A stretch of 63,340 nucleotides of DNA from Nitrosopumilaceae archaeon (GTDB taxonomy: Archaea > Thermoproteota > Nitrososphaeria > Nitrososphaerales > Nitrosopumilaceae): contig CBDATR010000031.1 of assembly GCA_965200155.1 (NCBI GenBank), positions 1 through 63,340 on the forward strand, given 5' to 3'. Positions 21,468 through 32,720 of this stretch are shown in pieces. Numbering within the stretch: position 1 is the first letter of the stretch; every line of letters starts with the position of its first letter. The position numbers and the translations under genes were made by a program. A model generated the notes under the pieces. That model did not search any database. It saw only the letters and a program-made list of their open reading frames with translations, and had not been told where the DNA came from.

Positions 21468-22178
21468 TTGCTCGTGCCGGTTCAGGAATATATTATGCCG
21501 CCTTGTGTTGCATGTGTGAACGTGACACCTGCCTGGGATATCAAACATGACTGCCCGATAAATGTACCTTCCTTCTTTGATAAATGGGCCATGACTGGAC
21601 TTGACGAGAGGCTGGAGGAAGGCCACGGATACAGCGTCCGGATGTATCTACGCAGCACGATACTGCCGGAGCGGTTCTCGTTTCTGGATGTGGGGTGCGG
21701 TAATGGCTGGGTGGTACGCATGATGTCCCGGTATGATGGGTGTCACAGGGCCGTGGGCATTGACAAGAGCGCTGGCATGATAAATAACGCGCGCCGCCGC
21801 ATTCATGGACACAAGGAGGAATACTTTGCCACACCACTGGAGGAGTGGGACATGGTTCCCTTTGATATCATATTCTCCATGGAGTCCCTATATTACATGG
21901 AGTCCATGAGTGATGCCATTGCCAAGATACACTCGCTGCTGGTTCCCGGTGGCATATTCATATGCGGGACTGATTATTACGCGGAGAACCAGGAAACGCA
22001 GGTGTGGGGTGATCTCGTAGATGATACCATGCACCTGCTCTCTGAGAGTCAGTGGGTGTCACTCTTTGAGGATGCCGGTTTTGGGGTACGTGCCACCCGT
22101 CTGCGCAATCCCGGCCATCCCGTAAAGTGGAAAAGGGATGAAGGTACGCTGTTTTTAGTCGGGAAACGACAGGACTAG
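21468..22178 (+). CDS. class I SAM-dependent methyltransferase
   Basis: LDVGCGNG, GIDKS, FSMESLYY; true start probably later (~21560). Confidence 0.85.
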   Translation: MLVPVQEYIMPPCVACVNVTPAWDIKHDCPINVPSFFDKWAMTGLDERLEEGHGYSVRMYLRSTILPERFSFLDVGCGNGWVVRMMSRYDGCHRAVGIDKSAGMINNARRRIHGHKEEYFATPLEEWDMVPFDIIFSMESLYYMESMSDAIAKIHSLLVPGGIFICGTDYYAENQETQVWGDLVDDTMHLLSESQWVSLFEDAGFGVRATRLRNPGHPVKWKRDEGTLFLVGKRQD

Positions 22179-22539
22179 TACGCTTTGCATATTCTCGCCT
22201 TTACGCCTCAGAATCATTGTAGCCGATCATGCAATACTACGGAGATTATGCATAAAGGTTAGAGAATCCAGGATAGTGATGGATTTTGTACGTGATCGTT
22301 TTGAGCATTGTTGCCTGCAGACCTATTTGCATAATGTCCTACAAAGATCACCATACCGGAAACCGTATTCGCCATGATGTTACACGATACATGTCTGGAA
22401 ACGGCGCGGCATGGGGGTGGTCATTCCGGCGCACTGCAAGTTCTGGGTTGATCATCCGGCCTTGCTATATGCAGGAGTATGACATTGATGTTATGTGAGT
22501 GATGTTTCATACCGAAATTATATCGCTTAGTCATCCGTA

Positions 22540-22941
22540 TCCTTTCCATCCATTTTGGGTCGTTCTATCTTGATGCGCGCCTGTTACGAAATGCCCTGAG
22601 CGGGGTCTCCAGGTTATGCATGTCAAGAGCAAAGTGAAGCCGTATCTCATTGTAGTATTCTACATAATCTGACAGGCTTTCATAATGGAATATCTCATCC
22701 TAGATGCTCCGGTGAAATTGCTCCATCTTACCATTGGTCTGGGGGTGGCGGGGATGGCTATTGATGAGCTCAATACCCCGATTGAGCAGCTCATTCTAGA
22801 ATATGGTGGGCTTCCATTTCTTCTTTGGAGCCTTGCTACGCGCTCCAACGAGGCATGATCCATTATCGGACAGTATATATGCCGGGGTTCCGAACTGCTC
22901 TATGGCCTTGCGTAATGGCGTTCTCGGACGTGGCCTCCCGG
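22540..22941 (-). pseudogene. degenerate IS481-like transposase 3' fragment
   Basis: Reverse strand reads YVEYYNEIRLHFALD...ETP; similar to 22942-23908. Confidence 0.55.
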
Positions 22942-23908
22942 TGTAATGTATGAAAAGTCGGTCCGCTAGTCATTGGTATCTCGCTCCATCCATTTTGCAT
23001 CATTTGCCCTAATTGTCTGGGTCGCCTTTTTATTCCTGGAGTGGTGTCTCGCCGTTATCTATATCCCGTGAGAAGTGCAACCTTCTCTCATTGTAGTAGT
23101 CCACATAATCCCGGAGACTGTCATAATGCCAAATCTCGTCCTCAATCATTCCATGGAAGCGCTCCAGTTTGCCATTTGTCTGCGGGTGGTATGTCTGGAA
23201 TTGATTAGTATGATGTCTTGATCCAGCAGTTCTTCCTTGAATAGTGTTGGTTTCCAGCTTTTCTTGCCCTTTTATTGTCCTACGAAACACGCGCCGTTAT
23301 CCGAGATGCAGGGGCGCCGAATCGTTTCATTGCCAGTCTCAGTAATAGAGTGGCGTTCTCTGAGGTTGCATGCTCAAATAGTGCCGCTCCGACTATGCAC
23401 CTGGATGCATCATCTATGAGATTCAGTTCCCTGAAGCGCTCATCTTTCATGACATGCCAGTGCCACATTGCATTGGAATATTTACGCTCATAGCGTACCC
23501 ACTCTGACTTTGCAGGTGATGAGACTGTCGTACCGTTCTTTTTCATTATGCGATATACTGCGCGATATGATATATTGTAATTCTGTCTAAGCCTCTTTGC
23601 AATACGTACTACTCCGGCGGGATCCTTGCTGTATGCTTCAGTTACCATTCGTATCTGGGTGGCGGTGATTGGTATCATGGGCCTGCCCATCTTTACTCGA
23701 GTCGTTCCCGTCCTCTGGAATCGGGCCCACAATCTTCGTACGTGTCTTGTTTCAGGTCTTGAGCTATTTTGGTGGTGGCAACGCCTCTTTTGCGTTGTCT
23801 TACTATTGATTCCTCTGTTATTCTCTTTACCATAGCCTTTCGTGGCTTGTGCAATCTGAACTACTGTACGCCGGATCCTAAGCGGACTTACTTTTCGTAC
23901 TATTGACA
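22942..23908 (-). mobile_element. IS481-family element, transposase degenerate
   Basis: TGT...ACA imperfect TIRs; WVRYERKYSNAMWH, DDASRCI, HPQTNGKLERF, YYNERRLH. Confidence 0.8.
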
Positions 23909-23915
23909 AGGTAAG

Positions 23916-24007
23916 GTATGAGTTCACGTCTTCCGGAATCTTGTGCACAAATCACATTAACTGTCGCGATCAGTTGTGCGTAAATTTAGACACAGGTGAA
24001 CTCATAC
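23916..24007 (+). mobile_element. MITE-A abutting the IS481 end
   Basis: TSD AAGGTAAG, overlapping the last IS481 base. Confidence 0.95.
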
Positions 24008-24358
24008 AAGGTAAGAGTGACCAACAAAAGTCTAATACGCACTCACGGCAAACCGGCCTCTATCAAACTGCTCTAAAGTACGCATACAAAAATAATGGAT
24101 GTGTGAAACTGTTCGCGCGGGACGACGTGGGTATTGTCAAAGATGGTGATGTTTTCATTTATGCGGGCACACAATATGCACGTGATAAAAATACTGTCGA
24201 ATATGGCTGACATAGAGATCTATTCTGGTCGTAACGCTATCTGCTTAACTATTTAAAAAGTCGATAAACGCATTGCGAACTAAAATGTCGTCATTGTGAG
24301 GATACACTACTATCAATAAGACACTATATTTCTATATATGTATTGTGTTCGATGTGAT

Positions 24359-24484
24359 GTAACCGTTTAGGTCACCCCTGAATAAAATACACTGCTAACA
24401 TGCCTGTTCTCGCTTTTTCTATCTTACATATGCCCATGAATTTACCATCTGGGTGTTAATCTTTAACGCGACCTAAACGGTTAC
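24359..24484 (-). mobile_element. MITE-B (internally shortened)
   Basis: GTAACCGTTTAGGTC...GACCTAAACGGTTAC. Confidence 0.85.
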
Positions 24485-24534
24485 CTAAAGTCGTGTGCGA
24501 ATACATTTAACGGGGATACGCAATATTATAAGTA

Positions 24535-24948
24535 GTGAACGTTAGACGGGTTGGCAATGTCATACTGGCAGTAAAGGATATTGACAAATCCAAGTACTTT
24601 TATCATAATCTGATAGGTCTCCCCGTTCGTATGGAGCGGCGGGCATGGGTTGATCTTGGTACTACCGGAGCACTTCTAAGTCTTCATCCCGCTTCGTTGG
24701 CAGCTGAGCACACGGGTGGTTCCATCGACAATGGCATAACCATAGGTTTCCTTGTTGGTGATGTGAAATCCGCGCTAGAGGAGCTGCGCTCTCAGGGCGT
24801 ACGCGTATATCGCGAGATAGTGATAAGAGATGCAGGCAAAAATGCTATTGTATATGACCCTGACGAATACTTGGTATCACTATTTGAACCAAACTTCAAG
24901 GACAAAGATCAGCAGACCGGTGGCTACCACGGTTTTACGCCAGTATAA
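24535..24948 (+). CDS. VOC/glyoxalase-family protein
   Basis: VILAVKDIDKS..FY, IGFLVGDV, YDPDEYLV. Confidence 0.85.
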   Translation: MNVRRVGNVILAVKDIDKSKYFYHNLIGLPVRMERRAWVDLGTTGALLSLHPASLAAEHTGGSIDNGITIGFLVGDVKSALEELRSQGVRVYREIVIRDAGKNAIVYDPDEYLVSLFEPNFKDKDQQTGGYHGFTPV

Positions 24949-24967
24949 GTAAAATATAATGACATAT

Positions 24968-25357
24968 CTAATTTGAAATCACAGTCTTTGCCTGTCGTAC
25001 AAGATCCATGTATTGTTGCTCCTCGGCGTCTATGGTAATTATAAATGATACCTTTCCGCTAGGAATGAGTACTAACTTTACCTTTTCATGACGCAGTAAC
25101 ATGTGTTGCAATTTGCCTATACTATCCTCGGTATCTATGCTGGTGTGAGCTAGTGTGGACATTAAAAAGAAGACATCTCTTGCCTTCTCCTTGTTGAGCA
25201 GTGGGCTAGCTCCGGTTCGTATGAATCCTGCTAGTGTGCGGCCGTACTTGTTTATGGCGCCCACATATCTTATGCTTTGGGACAGGTTCATTATACTCTT
25301 GCATATCTTGCCGGACTCTGTGACTGTGTGTTTCCATTTCTCCTCACTGTGAGACAT
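24968..25357 (-). CDS. DUF6659-like protein
   Basis: IRYVGAINKYGRTLAG; paralogue of 16398..16820. Confidence 0.65.
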   Translation of the reverse strand: MSHSEEKWKHTVTESGKICKSIMNLSQSIRYVGAINKYGRTLAGFIRTGASPLLNKEKARDVFFLMSTLAHTSIDTEDSIGKLQHMLLRHEKVKLVLIPSGKVSFIITIDAEEQQYMDLVRQAKTVISN

Positions 25358-25507
25358 TTGATATATTCTCTCATGTTGGATATTTATGCTGTCTGGATAT
25401 GCCTGTGAATTTGGCCCGGACTTGATGAATATACGGTTTACCGCGAATAAAGATTTGGCGTTGCAATCCTGACCGCCGCGTTTCGTAACACAGAAATATG
25501 CTTCTTA

Positions 25508-25897
25508 TTGATTGATGATATGGACCCCCACATACTGCAGCATATGCAAAACTTGTATGGACTAAATCCTGATGCTCCACACATGGCACTGGGGTTTCCC
25601 CGACTGCCACCCTTGGCACACAAGAGGCTTTTGGGCCCGGGCAGCTCCATGACCGAGAGACTGGGCTCGCCCAGGGATGTGGCACGCGCGGATATGGACG
25701 GGTTTGCCGAAGAGTTCAGGGAAAGGACTGCCGCGCTAGTTTCCGGGGACGGGTTCCTGCCTGCCGGCCATCCACTGAGTAACAAAAAGCATCGCCTCCG
25801 GGCCCTTGTGGCGGAGAACCAGCGACTACAACAGGAGAACCAGGATCTCAAGCAAAAACTGGCGGCATCAGAGAAGCGGGATCAATTCTCCAGCTGA
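25508..25897 (+). CDS. hypothetical protein with C-terminal coiled coil
   Basis: Open ORF with heptad-like C-terminus. Confidence 0.5.
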   Translation: MIDDMDPHILQHMQNLYGLNPDAPHMALGFPRLPPLAHKRLLGPGSSMTERLGSPRDVARADMDGFAEEFRERTAALVSGDGFLPAGHPLSNKKHRLRALVAENQRLQQENQDLKQKLAASEKRDQFSS

Positions 25898-26097
25898 GCC
25901 AGCAGTCTGACTATTATACGCGAATTCTCTCGGCGCTGTTTCCGTATATCTTCTATCTTGTGCTTATCCCGGCCTGCCATTACCAGTGAAAAATACTCCT
26001 CGTCCAGCGTACTGTTCTCGCTATACCTTTTGATAATCTCGAATAGAACCCCGATCAGCTGATTCTGCGCCTGTATCAGGTCATCCTTCTCACTCAT
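25882..26097 (-). CDS. small hypothetical protein
   Basis: Overlaps the stop of the HD hydrolase (operon-like). Confidence 0.65.
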   Translation of the reverse strand: MSEKDDLIQAQNQLIGVLFEIIKRYSENSTLDEEYFSLVMAGRDKHKIEDIRKQRRENSRIIVRLLAQLEN

Positions 26098-26609
26098 AAT
26101 CCTGCATCCTGTCCAACACTCATTACGCGCCTGCCAGTTATGTCTTTTCTGTAGGATTCCATAAATGACTGGAAGTCTTCCGGTTTCATAATGTCCTTGT
26201 ATCTTTTTGCCTGCAATGCCATATCCAGACGATCTGCATCCCTAACAATTGCTGCCTCGGGGCTGTCCTGACGTGCATACTCGCGCCACACACTGGCATA
26301 TTGCTCCCGCAACGGTTCCGGTAGGTGGCCCAGTATCTCATCCATGGCCTTTTGCTCCATTTCCCTTTTGCACTCATGTGGCATATGGCCGGGTATTATA
26401 TCGCCGATTATGGACTCTGCCAGGTCATGCAGCAGCGCCATCCGAACGGCTTTGCAAACATCAAGGCCCTCCATATCCGCCATAATCATGGATAAAATGG
26501 CCGTTCCGTACGAATGTGCCGCAACAGACTCCGGGTTTTCCACACCGGCATTGAGCCAGCCCTGCCGTGGTACGCCCTTGAGATTAAACGCTGCTTGTAT
26601 AATGTCCAT
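26094..26609 (-). CDS. HD-domain hydrolase (YfbR/HDDC2-like)
   Basis: PRQGW, ESVAAHS, LLHDLAE, DADRLD. Confidence 0.9.
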   Translation of the reverse strand: MDIIQAAFNLKGVPRQGWLNAGVENPESVAAHSYGTAILSMIMADMEGLDVCKAVRMALLHDLAESIIGDIIPGHMPHECKREMEQKAMDEILGHLPEPLREQYASVWREYARQDSPEAAIVRDADRLDMALQAKRYKDIMKPEDFQSFMESYRKDITGRRVMSVGQDAGL

Positions 26610-26751
26610 CTATAACATTTTCTTGAAATTGATCAATTATAATGTCTGGCATGAAGTTTGTTGCATAACTGCCCTATTTCCAAATCCTATTACCGCAGGA
26701 TATGGCTCACACAAATGGGGTGTTTTATACCACTAAGCGGTAACTTTTCTT

Positions 26752-27174
26752 GTGGAGATAGACCAGCCCCAGGATCCCGATTATGACTCGGTATGCATAA
26801 GATATGTGGGCCTTGCGGATCCTCATGCTTTGGAGGGGATAAGCATACTTCAGGCCGCCGATGGTAGGGAGTTTCACATGAGAGCCTTCTCCGGCGAGGT
26901 GGCGCGCTTCATAGCCAGGTATAACGCTGGCGGAGCGGATCCGGTACCCTCCGTATACAGTATGATAGGGGATATCTGCGAGACCAACGGCCTTACGCTG
27001 GTCAAGGTGAAAATATACGAGTCCGGTCAGGCGCTGAGGGCAAACCTGTACTTTACCGGCAAAAAAGACATGATACTGCGCAACTATCGTGCATCGGACG
27101 CGCTGGCCATGGCCTCCTATACGGGCGTTCCCATACTGGTACGCAGTAGCCTGCTACAAAGTCTGGATGCCTGA
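26752..27174 (+). CDS. bifunctional nuclease (DUF151) family protein
   Basis: RASDALAMA..TGVPILV. Confidence 0.8.
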   Translation: MEIDQPQDPDYDSVCIRYVGLADPHALEGISILQAADGREFHMRAFSGEVARFIARYNAGGADPVPSVYSMIGDICETNGLTLVKVKIYESGQALRANLYFTGKKDMILRNYRASDALAMASYTGVPILVRSSLLQSLDA

Positions 27175-27305
27175 TGGTATGAGTTTGTGTCTTAATCATA
27201 TGTACTAATAATTCCAATCCGTCGTGGATAAAATTGGACACACGTGAATTCTTCTGATTAATCCAAAACTCCACGTTTATTAGGCCCATCATATCGCGTG
27301 TTCTA

Positions 27306-28556
27306 GTGCGAACCATACTAGTCGTGGTTGCGGTGGCCTTGTCGGTTGCCATCGCGGGTATTATCACATTTGGGGGCCAGCCCGCTAATGTTGCCCAGTC
27401 CGGGGATGATACAATTCCGCCTACCCGCACCATACTCATAGGCTCCCTGCATCCATTGACCGGTTCTTTAAGCACACTGGGAGTGGAGACCATTCATGCC
27501 ACGGAGCTGGCCGTACATGACTTTAACCAGTACCTGGAGGAGCAGGGAGAAGACTGGAGGATGAGTCTCATAAGCGAGGACACCGCTACCACCCCTGCGG
27601 TCGCCCTAGACAAGCTGCAGACCCTGCATTCCAGGGGCATCGATATAGTGATAGGGCCGGTTACCAGCGCCAATATACAGAACACAAAGGGGTACGCGGA
27701 TGCCAACGATATCATAATGTTTAGCTGCTGCTCTTCCTCCTCTGCCCTAGCCATACCGGATGACAACATATTCCGTATCTCGCTGGACAACAAGAAGCAC
27801 GGCGTCGCCATGGGCAAGATAATTCGGGATAATGCCGATGTGCTGATACCGGTCTGGCGAGCAGACTCGTATGGCCAGAGTTTCCGGGATGACACGCTGG
27901 AGAACTTTGTAGCTAGGGGTGGCGTGGCGGACCCCGGAATAAGCTACAATCCTGACACGCATGATTTTAGCGCCGAGATATCCCTGCTGAACGAGAAAGT
28001 GGAGATACTGGTAGATCAGTATGGCCCGGATAGAGTGGGCATATTATTGGTGGCCTTTGAGGATGCCATTCTGGTATTCCAGGCAGCCTCGCAATATGAC
28101 ATACTGCACGAGGTGCGCTGGTTTGGCTCCCAGTCCCTTTCCAAATCCCAGGTACTGGCCGAGGATCCAGTCAGCGGAAAATTTGTGGAAGAGGTGGGAT
28201 TTCTCTCCACTGATGTGGCGGCAAACAAGGGCCCCAAGTTTGACATGGTTGCCGACTATGTGGCCGAAAAGACCGGTGACACTCCCTCATCATTCATGCA
28301 CGGTAACTATGACAGCGTATGGATGGTGGGCCTGACCATGCTGGATGCCGGTGCCACGGACGCGATGAGTGTCAAGTCCCGCATACCCGACATATCTGCC
28401 CAGTATCAGGGCGCCCTGGGAAACCTGCGACTTAACGATGCCGGTGATCTGGATGTTGATAACCTATCAATAGTATCATTGATGAACGGCACCTGGGTTG
28501 ATGTGGGCATATATGATGCAATAAATGATGACATAATTGGAATGCCGGATCCATAG
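27306..28556 (+). CDS. ABC transporter substrate-binding protein, branched-chain amino acid (PBP1) type
   Basis: N-terminal TM; IGSLHPLTG, IVIGPVTS, IFRI, YQGALG.LRLN..GD. Confidence 0.85.
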   Translation: MRTILVVVAVALSVAIAGIITFGGQPANVAQSGDDTIPPTRTILIGSLHPLTGSLSTLGVETIHATELAVHDFNQYLEEQGEDWRMSLISEDTATTPAVALDKLQTLHSRGIDIVIGPVTSANIQNTKGYADANDIIMFSCCSSSSALAIPDDNIFRISLDNKKHGVAMGKIIRDNADVLIPVWRADSYGQSFRDDTLENFVARGGVADPGISYNPDTHDFSAEISLLNEKVEILVDQYGPDRVGILLVAFEDAILVFQAASQYDILHEVRWFGSQSLSKSQVLAEDPVSGKFVEEVGFLSTDVAANKGPKFDMVADYVAEKTGDTPSSFMHGNYDSVWMVGLTMLDAGATDAMSVKSRIPDISAQYQGALGNLRLNDAGDLDVDNLSIVSLMNGTWVDVGIYDAINDDIIGMPDP

Positions 28557-28558
28557 TT

Positions 28559-29662
28559 ATGAGATCTGGCATTATCCTGTTATTGTGCATCTGTGCGGGA
28601 TTATCCTCCGTATATGCCATATCATATCATGATACGAAATGGGGTATTGTGGCAGAACCTGTTCTGACTAACCTGGATATACCGTGGGATGCGGAATTCG
28701 CAGATGACACACTATTCTTCACCACTCGGCACGGTACCCTGTACGTCCTGGAGAACCAGACCACTAATGTGATATTACAGCTGGATGTGGGCGGCGGCGA
28801 GGGCGGCATGCTGGGACTGGCGCTGCATCCGGACTTTGCCGAGAACAGTCTGCTTTACGTGTACTATACCGGCACAGATAACAGGGTGGTACGATACGTC
28901 TACGGGAACGGCACGCTAGTCCATGACTCCGTAATAATACAGGGAATATCCGCGGCATCAAATCACAATGGCGGCCGGGTAGCCTTTGGCCCCGATGACA
29001 TGCTATATGTCACTACTGGTGATGCCGGCAACGCCGCACTCTCACAGGATGTGGCATCATTATCCGGCAAGATACTGCGCATGACTCCTGAGGGGGGTGT
29101 CCCCGATGACAACCCGATACCTGGCTCGCTGGTATACGCGTACGGTCTTCGCAACCCCCAGGGCATGGCCTGGGATTTTAATGGCACCATGTTCGTGACG
29201 GATCATGGCCCATCCGGTTTTTATGGCCGCGCCCATGACGAGATAAACGCTATAGTACCACAGGGAAACTATGGCTGGCCCCATGCCATAGGATCCGATA
29301 TTATGCCTGACATGATACCGCCCCTGATACACTCCGGGCAGGATACATGGGCTCCCTCGGGCATGGCATACGTAAGTAATAGTACCATTCCTTCATGGGA
29401 TGACAAGATACTGTATGGCGCCCTGCGCGGCCAGCATATTGGTATAGTATCATTGAATGGGAGCTCATATGACAGGGCATTTGAGGGGGACCTGGGCCGT
29501 ATACGGCACGTATTCCAGCATGATAATGGTACCATATATGCCATAACCAGTAACACTGACGGGCGCGGCTCCCCGTCATCGCATGACGACATGATACTAA
29601 GATTGTCTATTGGTCAGGCCCCGGCATGCAATATGCCATCGTGGCTATCCCTTCTGTGCTAG
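28559..29662 (+). CDS. PQQ-dependent sugar dehydrogenase (GSDH family)
   Basis: Signal peptide; HNGGRVAFGPD, GKILR, GLRNPQG, GNYGWP, GRIR. Confidence 0.9.
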   Translation: MRSGIILLLCICAGLSSVYAISYHDTKWGIVAEPVLTNLDIPWDAEFADDTLFFTTRHGTLYVLENQTTNVILQLDVGGGEGGMLGLALHPDFAENSLLYVYYTGTDNRVVRYVYGNGTLVHDSVIIQGISAASNHNGGRVAFGPDDMLYVTTGDAGNAALSQDVASLSGKILRMTPEGGVPDDNPIPGSLVYAYGLRNPQGMAWDFNGTMFVTDHGPSGFYGRAHDEINAIVPQGNYGWPHAIGSDIMPDMIPPLIHSGQDTWAPSGMAYVSNSTIPSWDDKILYGALRGQHIGIVSLNGSSYDRAFEGDLGRIRHVFQHDNGTIYAITSNTDGRGSPSSHDDMILRLSIGQAPACNMPSWLSLLC

Positions 29663-30759
29663 GTGACTATGTCGCCCAACCTGTCCTGTGATGCCGCCTG
29701 CCTTATCTCCATGGCTATGCGGCGTCCCACTCCGAAGGTGCGGCCGTACTGATACTTTGTGTATGGGGTGGTGGTGGCCAGTATGGGATTGCCCGGTACC
29801 CGCAGGGACACATCATACACTACCATCTCCAAATCCTTGGTTATCACGCTTTGCAGGGAGAACGGGCCTATGATTCCGGGATCAAAGTCATTCCTGGCGG
29901 CACTGGCAAACTTGTCTCCCATGTCAAATATGGTCTCCAGTAATGACTCCCGTACGGACGCGGGGGTATGGCCCACCTCTATATTCTGCAGCTTTATGTC
30001 TATCTGGGCCTGCTGGGCCGCCGGTAATGCATTATAGTCCATTATGTTGGTCTGCAGCCGCCGCTCAATGCCCATAAAGTCTACCATTCCAGTAAGTGGC
30101 GAGACAAAATAGTTGAAATTCATGTACGTGCCAATTACCAACTCCTCAATGCTGGCCCGCTCCAGGCCTTCGCGGTCTATGGTTCCCTTATCAATGGCAT
30201 CATGGGATTTTTTCGTGTAATCCTGATATGATGATACGGTAAAGAAGGCCCGTTCCAGCTGGCGACTCTTCTCCTGCACCTTTACTATACATGGTCCGTC
30301 AATGTCCCTGGGATTCTCATATACCCGTGGCAGCCGCAGGCCTGCCCGCCTCAGCATGTAGTATTGCCCTTTTTCTTCTGAGCGCTCCTCGGCCCGGAAG
30401 AGGCGCCTATTTCCGAATATGGGTACAGCCAGTTCATCTTCCAGTATGTCATATCCAAGGTATACTGCCAGTGACCTGTGGGGGACCAGTATGCACTGAG
30501 TGTCGGTCATGTATTTTTGCTCCTCCACTGTTGCCATGTCTTGGAATCGCTCAAGTACGCGTATCTCGTCTGCTATGCGGGAGAATCGCCGGTATGGTGT
30601 CTGGCGGCTCTTTTGGCAGTATATTGAGGTCTGAAAATTCTCGTCCTTGGCGCCGTCCGCTATCTCTAAAGCCGAGTGGCTTCCCAGAACGGCTATCCGG
30701 GGATTGTCATATGGTGCTGCAATATTTGCCATTTCGTTGCGCCTTATCATTGGTATCAT
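29659..30759 (-). CDS. purP: PurP-family formate-dependent AICAR ligase (ATP-grasp)
   Basis: LGSHSAL, FGNR, GHTPASVRESL, GRRIAMEI. Confidence 0.88.
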   Translation of the reverse strand: MIPMIRRNEMANIAAPYDNPRIAVLGSHSALEIADGAKDENFQTSIYCQKSRQTPYRRFSRIADEIRVLERFQDMATVEEQKYMTDTQCILVPHRSLAVYLGYDILEDELAVPIFGNRRLFRAEERSEEKGQYYMLRRAGLRLPRVYENPRDIDGPCIVKVQEKSRQLERAFFTVSSYQDYTKKSHDAIDKGTIDREGLERASIEELVIGTYMNFNYFVSPLTGMVDFMGIERRLQTNIMDYNALPAAQQAQIDIKLQNIEVGHTPASVRESLLETIFDMGDKFASAARNDFDPGIIGPFSLQSVITKDLEMVVYDVSLRVPGNPILATTTPYTKYQYGRTFGVGRRIAMEIRQAASQDRLGDIVT

Positions 30760-30809
30760 GTGTTATGATGGGGCATAATTTGATATTTTGCATGTGACTT
30801 GTTACTTGC

Positions 30810-30901
30810 GTATGAGTTCACCTGTGTCTAAATTTACGCACAACTGATCGCGACAGTTAATGTGATTTGTGCACAAGATTCCGGAAGACGTGAACTCATA
30901 C
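30810..30901 (-). mobile_element. MITE-A, intergenic
   Basis: TSD TTACTTGC. Confidence 0.95.
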
Positions 30902-30988
30902 TTACTTGCTGTTATAATACGTGAGTACTGGACATGTTCCTAGAGTCTATATATCATGAACTCTTATTCTTTTGTGATGCTGGTAGAC

Positions 30989-31252
30989 ATGAGGCTGTTG
31001 GCCGGTGGCGGTTCCATGCTGGTTGCAGGACTTGTTCTTACGGGGGTACTGGGCATGATGCAGCCTGCGGGCCAGTCGGGCATGACCGAGGAGCAGATAC
31101 TGGATTTGCTGGAGCAGGAGCGACAGAACGAGGATATGAGGATGCTGGCAGGCATACTGGCCGGTGTGGGATTTCTGTTAATACTGGTAAGTTTTGGTGC
31201 CCGGCGACGACGCCGGGGCGGCGCCAAAGAGAGCATCAAAAAGCCCGCATAG
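30989..31252 (+). CDS. small membrane protein (two TM helices)
   Basis: Two hydrophobic segments, basic tail. Confidence 0.7.
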   Translation: MRLLAGGGSMLVAGLVLTGVLGMMQPAGQSGMTEEQILDLLEQERQNEDMRMLAGILAGVGFLLILVSFGARRRRRGGAKESIKKPA

Positions 31253-31262
31253 TCCATGGTGA

Positions 31263-31577
31263 TTGTATCATATGGTAATGGCCGAGATTAGCGTGACTCC
31301 GGTGGGTACGGGCCAGACCGGAGTATCGTTCTATGTTGCCCGGGCCTTGGAGGCAGTATCGAGCATGCCTCATGTACGGTATGAGCTTAACCCCATGGGG
31401 ACGGTTCTGGAGGCCGATGACATAGAACATGTTCTGGATGCCGCCAAGCTTATGGTTACAGTACTGCATAATCTGGGTGTGGCCAGGGTGAGTGTTATAA
31501 TGAAGATAGACTCCCGGCAGGACAAGCACGATACCATGTCCGATAAGGTCAAGTCAGTGTACAGGCATATGGGCTAG
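31263..31577 (+). CDS. MTH1187/thiamine-binding family protein
   Basis: AEISVTPVG, YELNPMGTVLE, KIDSR.DK. Confidence 0.88.
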   Translation: MYHMVMAEISVTPVGTGQTGVSFYVARALEAVSSMPHVRYELNPMGTVLEADDIEHVLDAAKLMVTVLHNLGVARVSVIMKIDSRQDKHDTMSDKVKSVYRHMG

Positions 31578-32665
31578 AGTTTTTGTATAACGTTGAATTT
31601 CGTATCTCTCTGTACGGGTTCCCTGCTTATCTCGCGCACTATGTCTGCCAGCTCAGTTATGGTGGTGTCTGTGGGCTTGCCTGCTGCCCGGTAAATCTCC
31701 TCGGAGAATGCGGTTCCCACCAAGTCGTTGCCACCATATGATAGTGATACCTGAGCCAGCTTCTTACCATACGCTACCCAGTATACCGATATGTTGTCCA
31801 GTATGCCTGATAGCATTATGCGGGATACGGCAAGTACCCTCAAGTCGTACATGGCAGAGCACTCCTGAGTGACCAGTCCGTCCTTTTCCAGCTGGGTGTT
31901 GTCCAGGCTAAACTTTAGCGGTATGAACGTGATAAAGCCGCCGGTCTCCTTTTGCAGGTCCCGTATACGTATGAGGTGGTCTATTATGTGGTGGGGCTGT
32001 TCAATATGTCCGTATAGCATGGTGACATTACTTTGTATGCCCAGCAGGTGTGCCTCCCGTATTGTATCCAGCCACTCCTGGCCGGTGCACTTGCCCCGGA
32101 CCACCTTGTCCCGTACCTCCGGGTGAAACAGCTCCGCCCCTCCGCCGGGCATTGTATCCAGGCCCGCCGCTTTGAGTCTGGACAGTATTTCGGTGACGGA
32201 ATTCTTTGTAAGTTTGGAGAGGTAGAATATCTCTGCGGCCGTAAATGCCTTGATATTCATGTTGGGATGATTCTTTTTTATTATACGCATCATGTCCTCG
32301 TAATAGTCCAGCGGCAGACTGGGGTGGAACCCGCCCACTATGTGAACTTCTGTAGCGCCCATGCGTTCTGCCATCGATACGTTCTCCTCTATCTGCTGTG
32401 GCGTCAGTGTGTATGCGTCCTCGTCGCCCTTTTTGCGGTAAAAGGCGCACATCTGGCAGCTAGCGGCACAGACGTTGGTATAATTCATGTAGTATGATGA
32501 GGTAAAGCTGACACGGTTGCCTACCTGTCGCTGCCGCACCATGTCTGCAGCAGATCCTAGCATGTGCAAGTCCGCGGACATTAGGTTAATTCCCTCATCA
32601 TATGACATCTCCTCGCCCTTGGCTATGCGCTCCCACAACACATCGTGCTCTATAGCCTGTGTCAA
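31574..32665 (-). CDS. mqnE: radical SAM CofH/MqnE-type enzyme (probable aminofutalosine synthase)
   Basis: CxxxCxxC (CAASCQMC), MPGGGAE, TMLYGHIE, FIPL; MqnE versus MqnC/CofH not certain. Confidence 0.7.
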   Translation of the reverse strand: MTQAIEHDVLWERIAKGEEMSYDEGINLMSADLHMLGSAADMVRQRQVGNRVSFTSSYYMNYTNVCAASCQMCAFYRKKGDEDAYTLTPQQIEENVSMAERMGATEVHIVGGFHPSLPLDYYEDMMRIIKKNHPNMNIKAFTAAEIFYLSKLTKNSVTEILSRLKAAGLDTMPGGGAELFHPEVRDKVVRGKCTGQEWLDTIREAHLLGIQSNVTMLYGHIEQPHHIIDHLIRIRDLQKETGGFITFIPLKFSLDNTQLEKDGLVTQECSAMYDLRVLAVSRIMLSGILDNISVYWVAYGKKLAQVSLSYGGNDLVGTAFSEEIYRAAGKPTDTTITELADIVREISREPVQRDTKFNVIQKL

Positions 32666-32720
32666 TGTGTGATATCATTGGCGCCGTTGATATATTCCTT
32701 GGGCGTCTCTCTCATTCTAG

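Noticed and set aside
18995-21550. Many antisense and overlapping ORFs in GC-rich genes
   Set aside because: Shadow ORFs of real genes; no motifs
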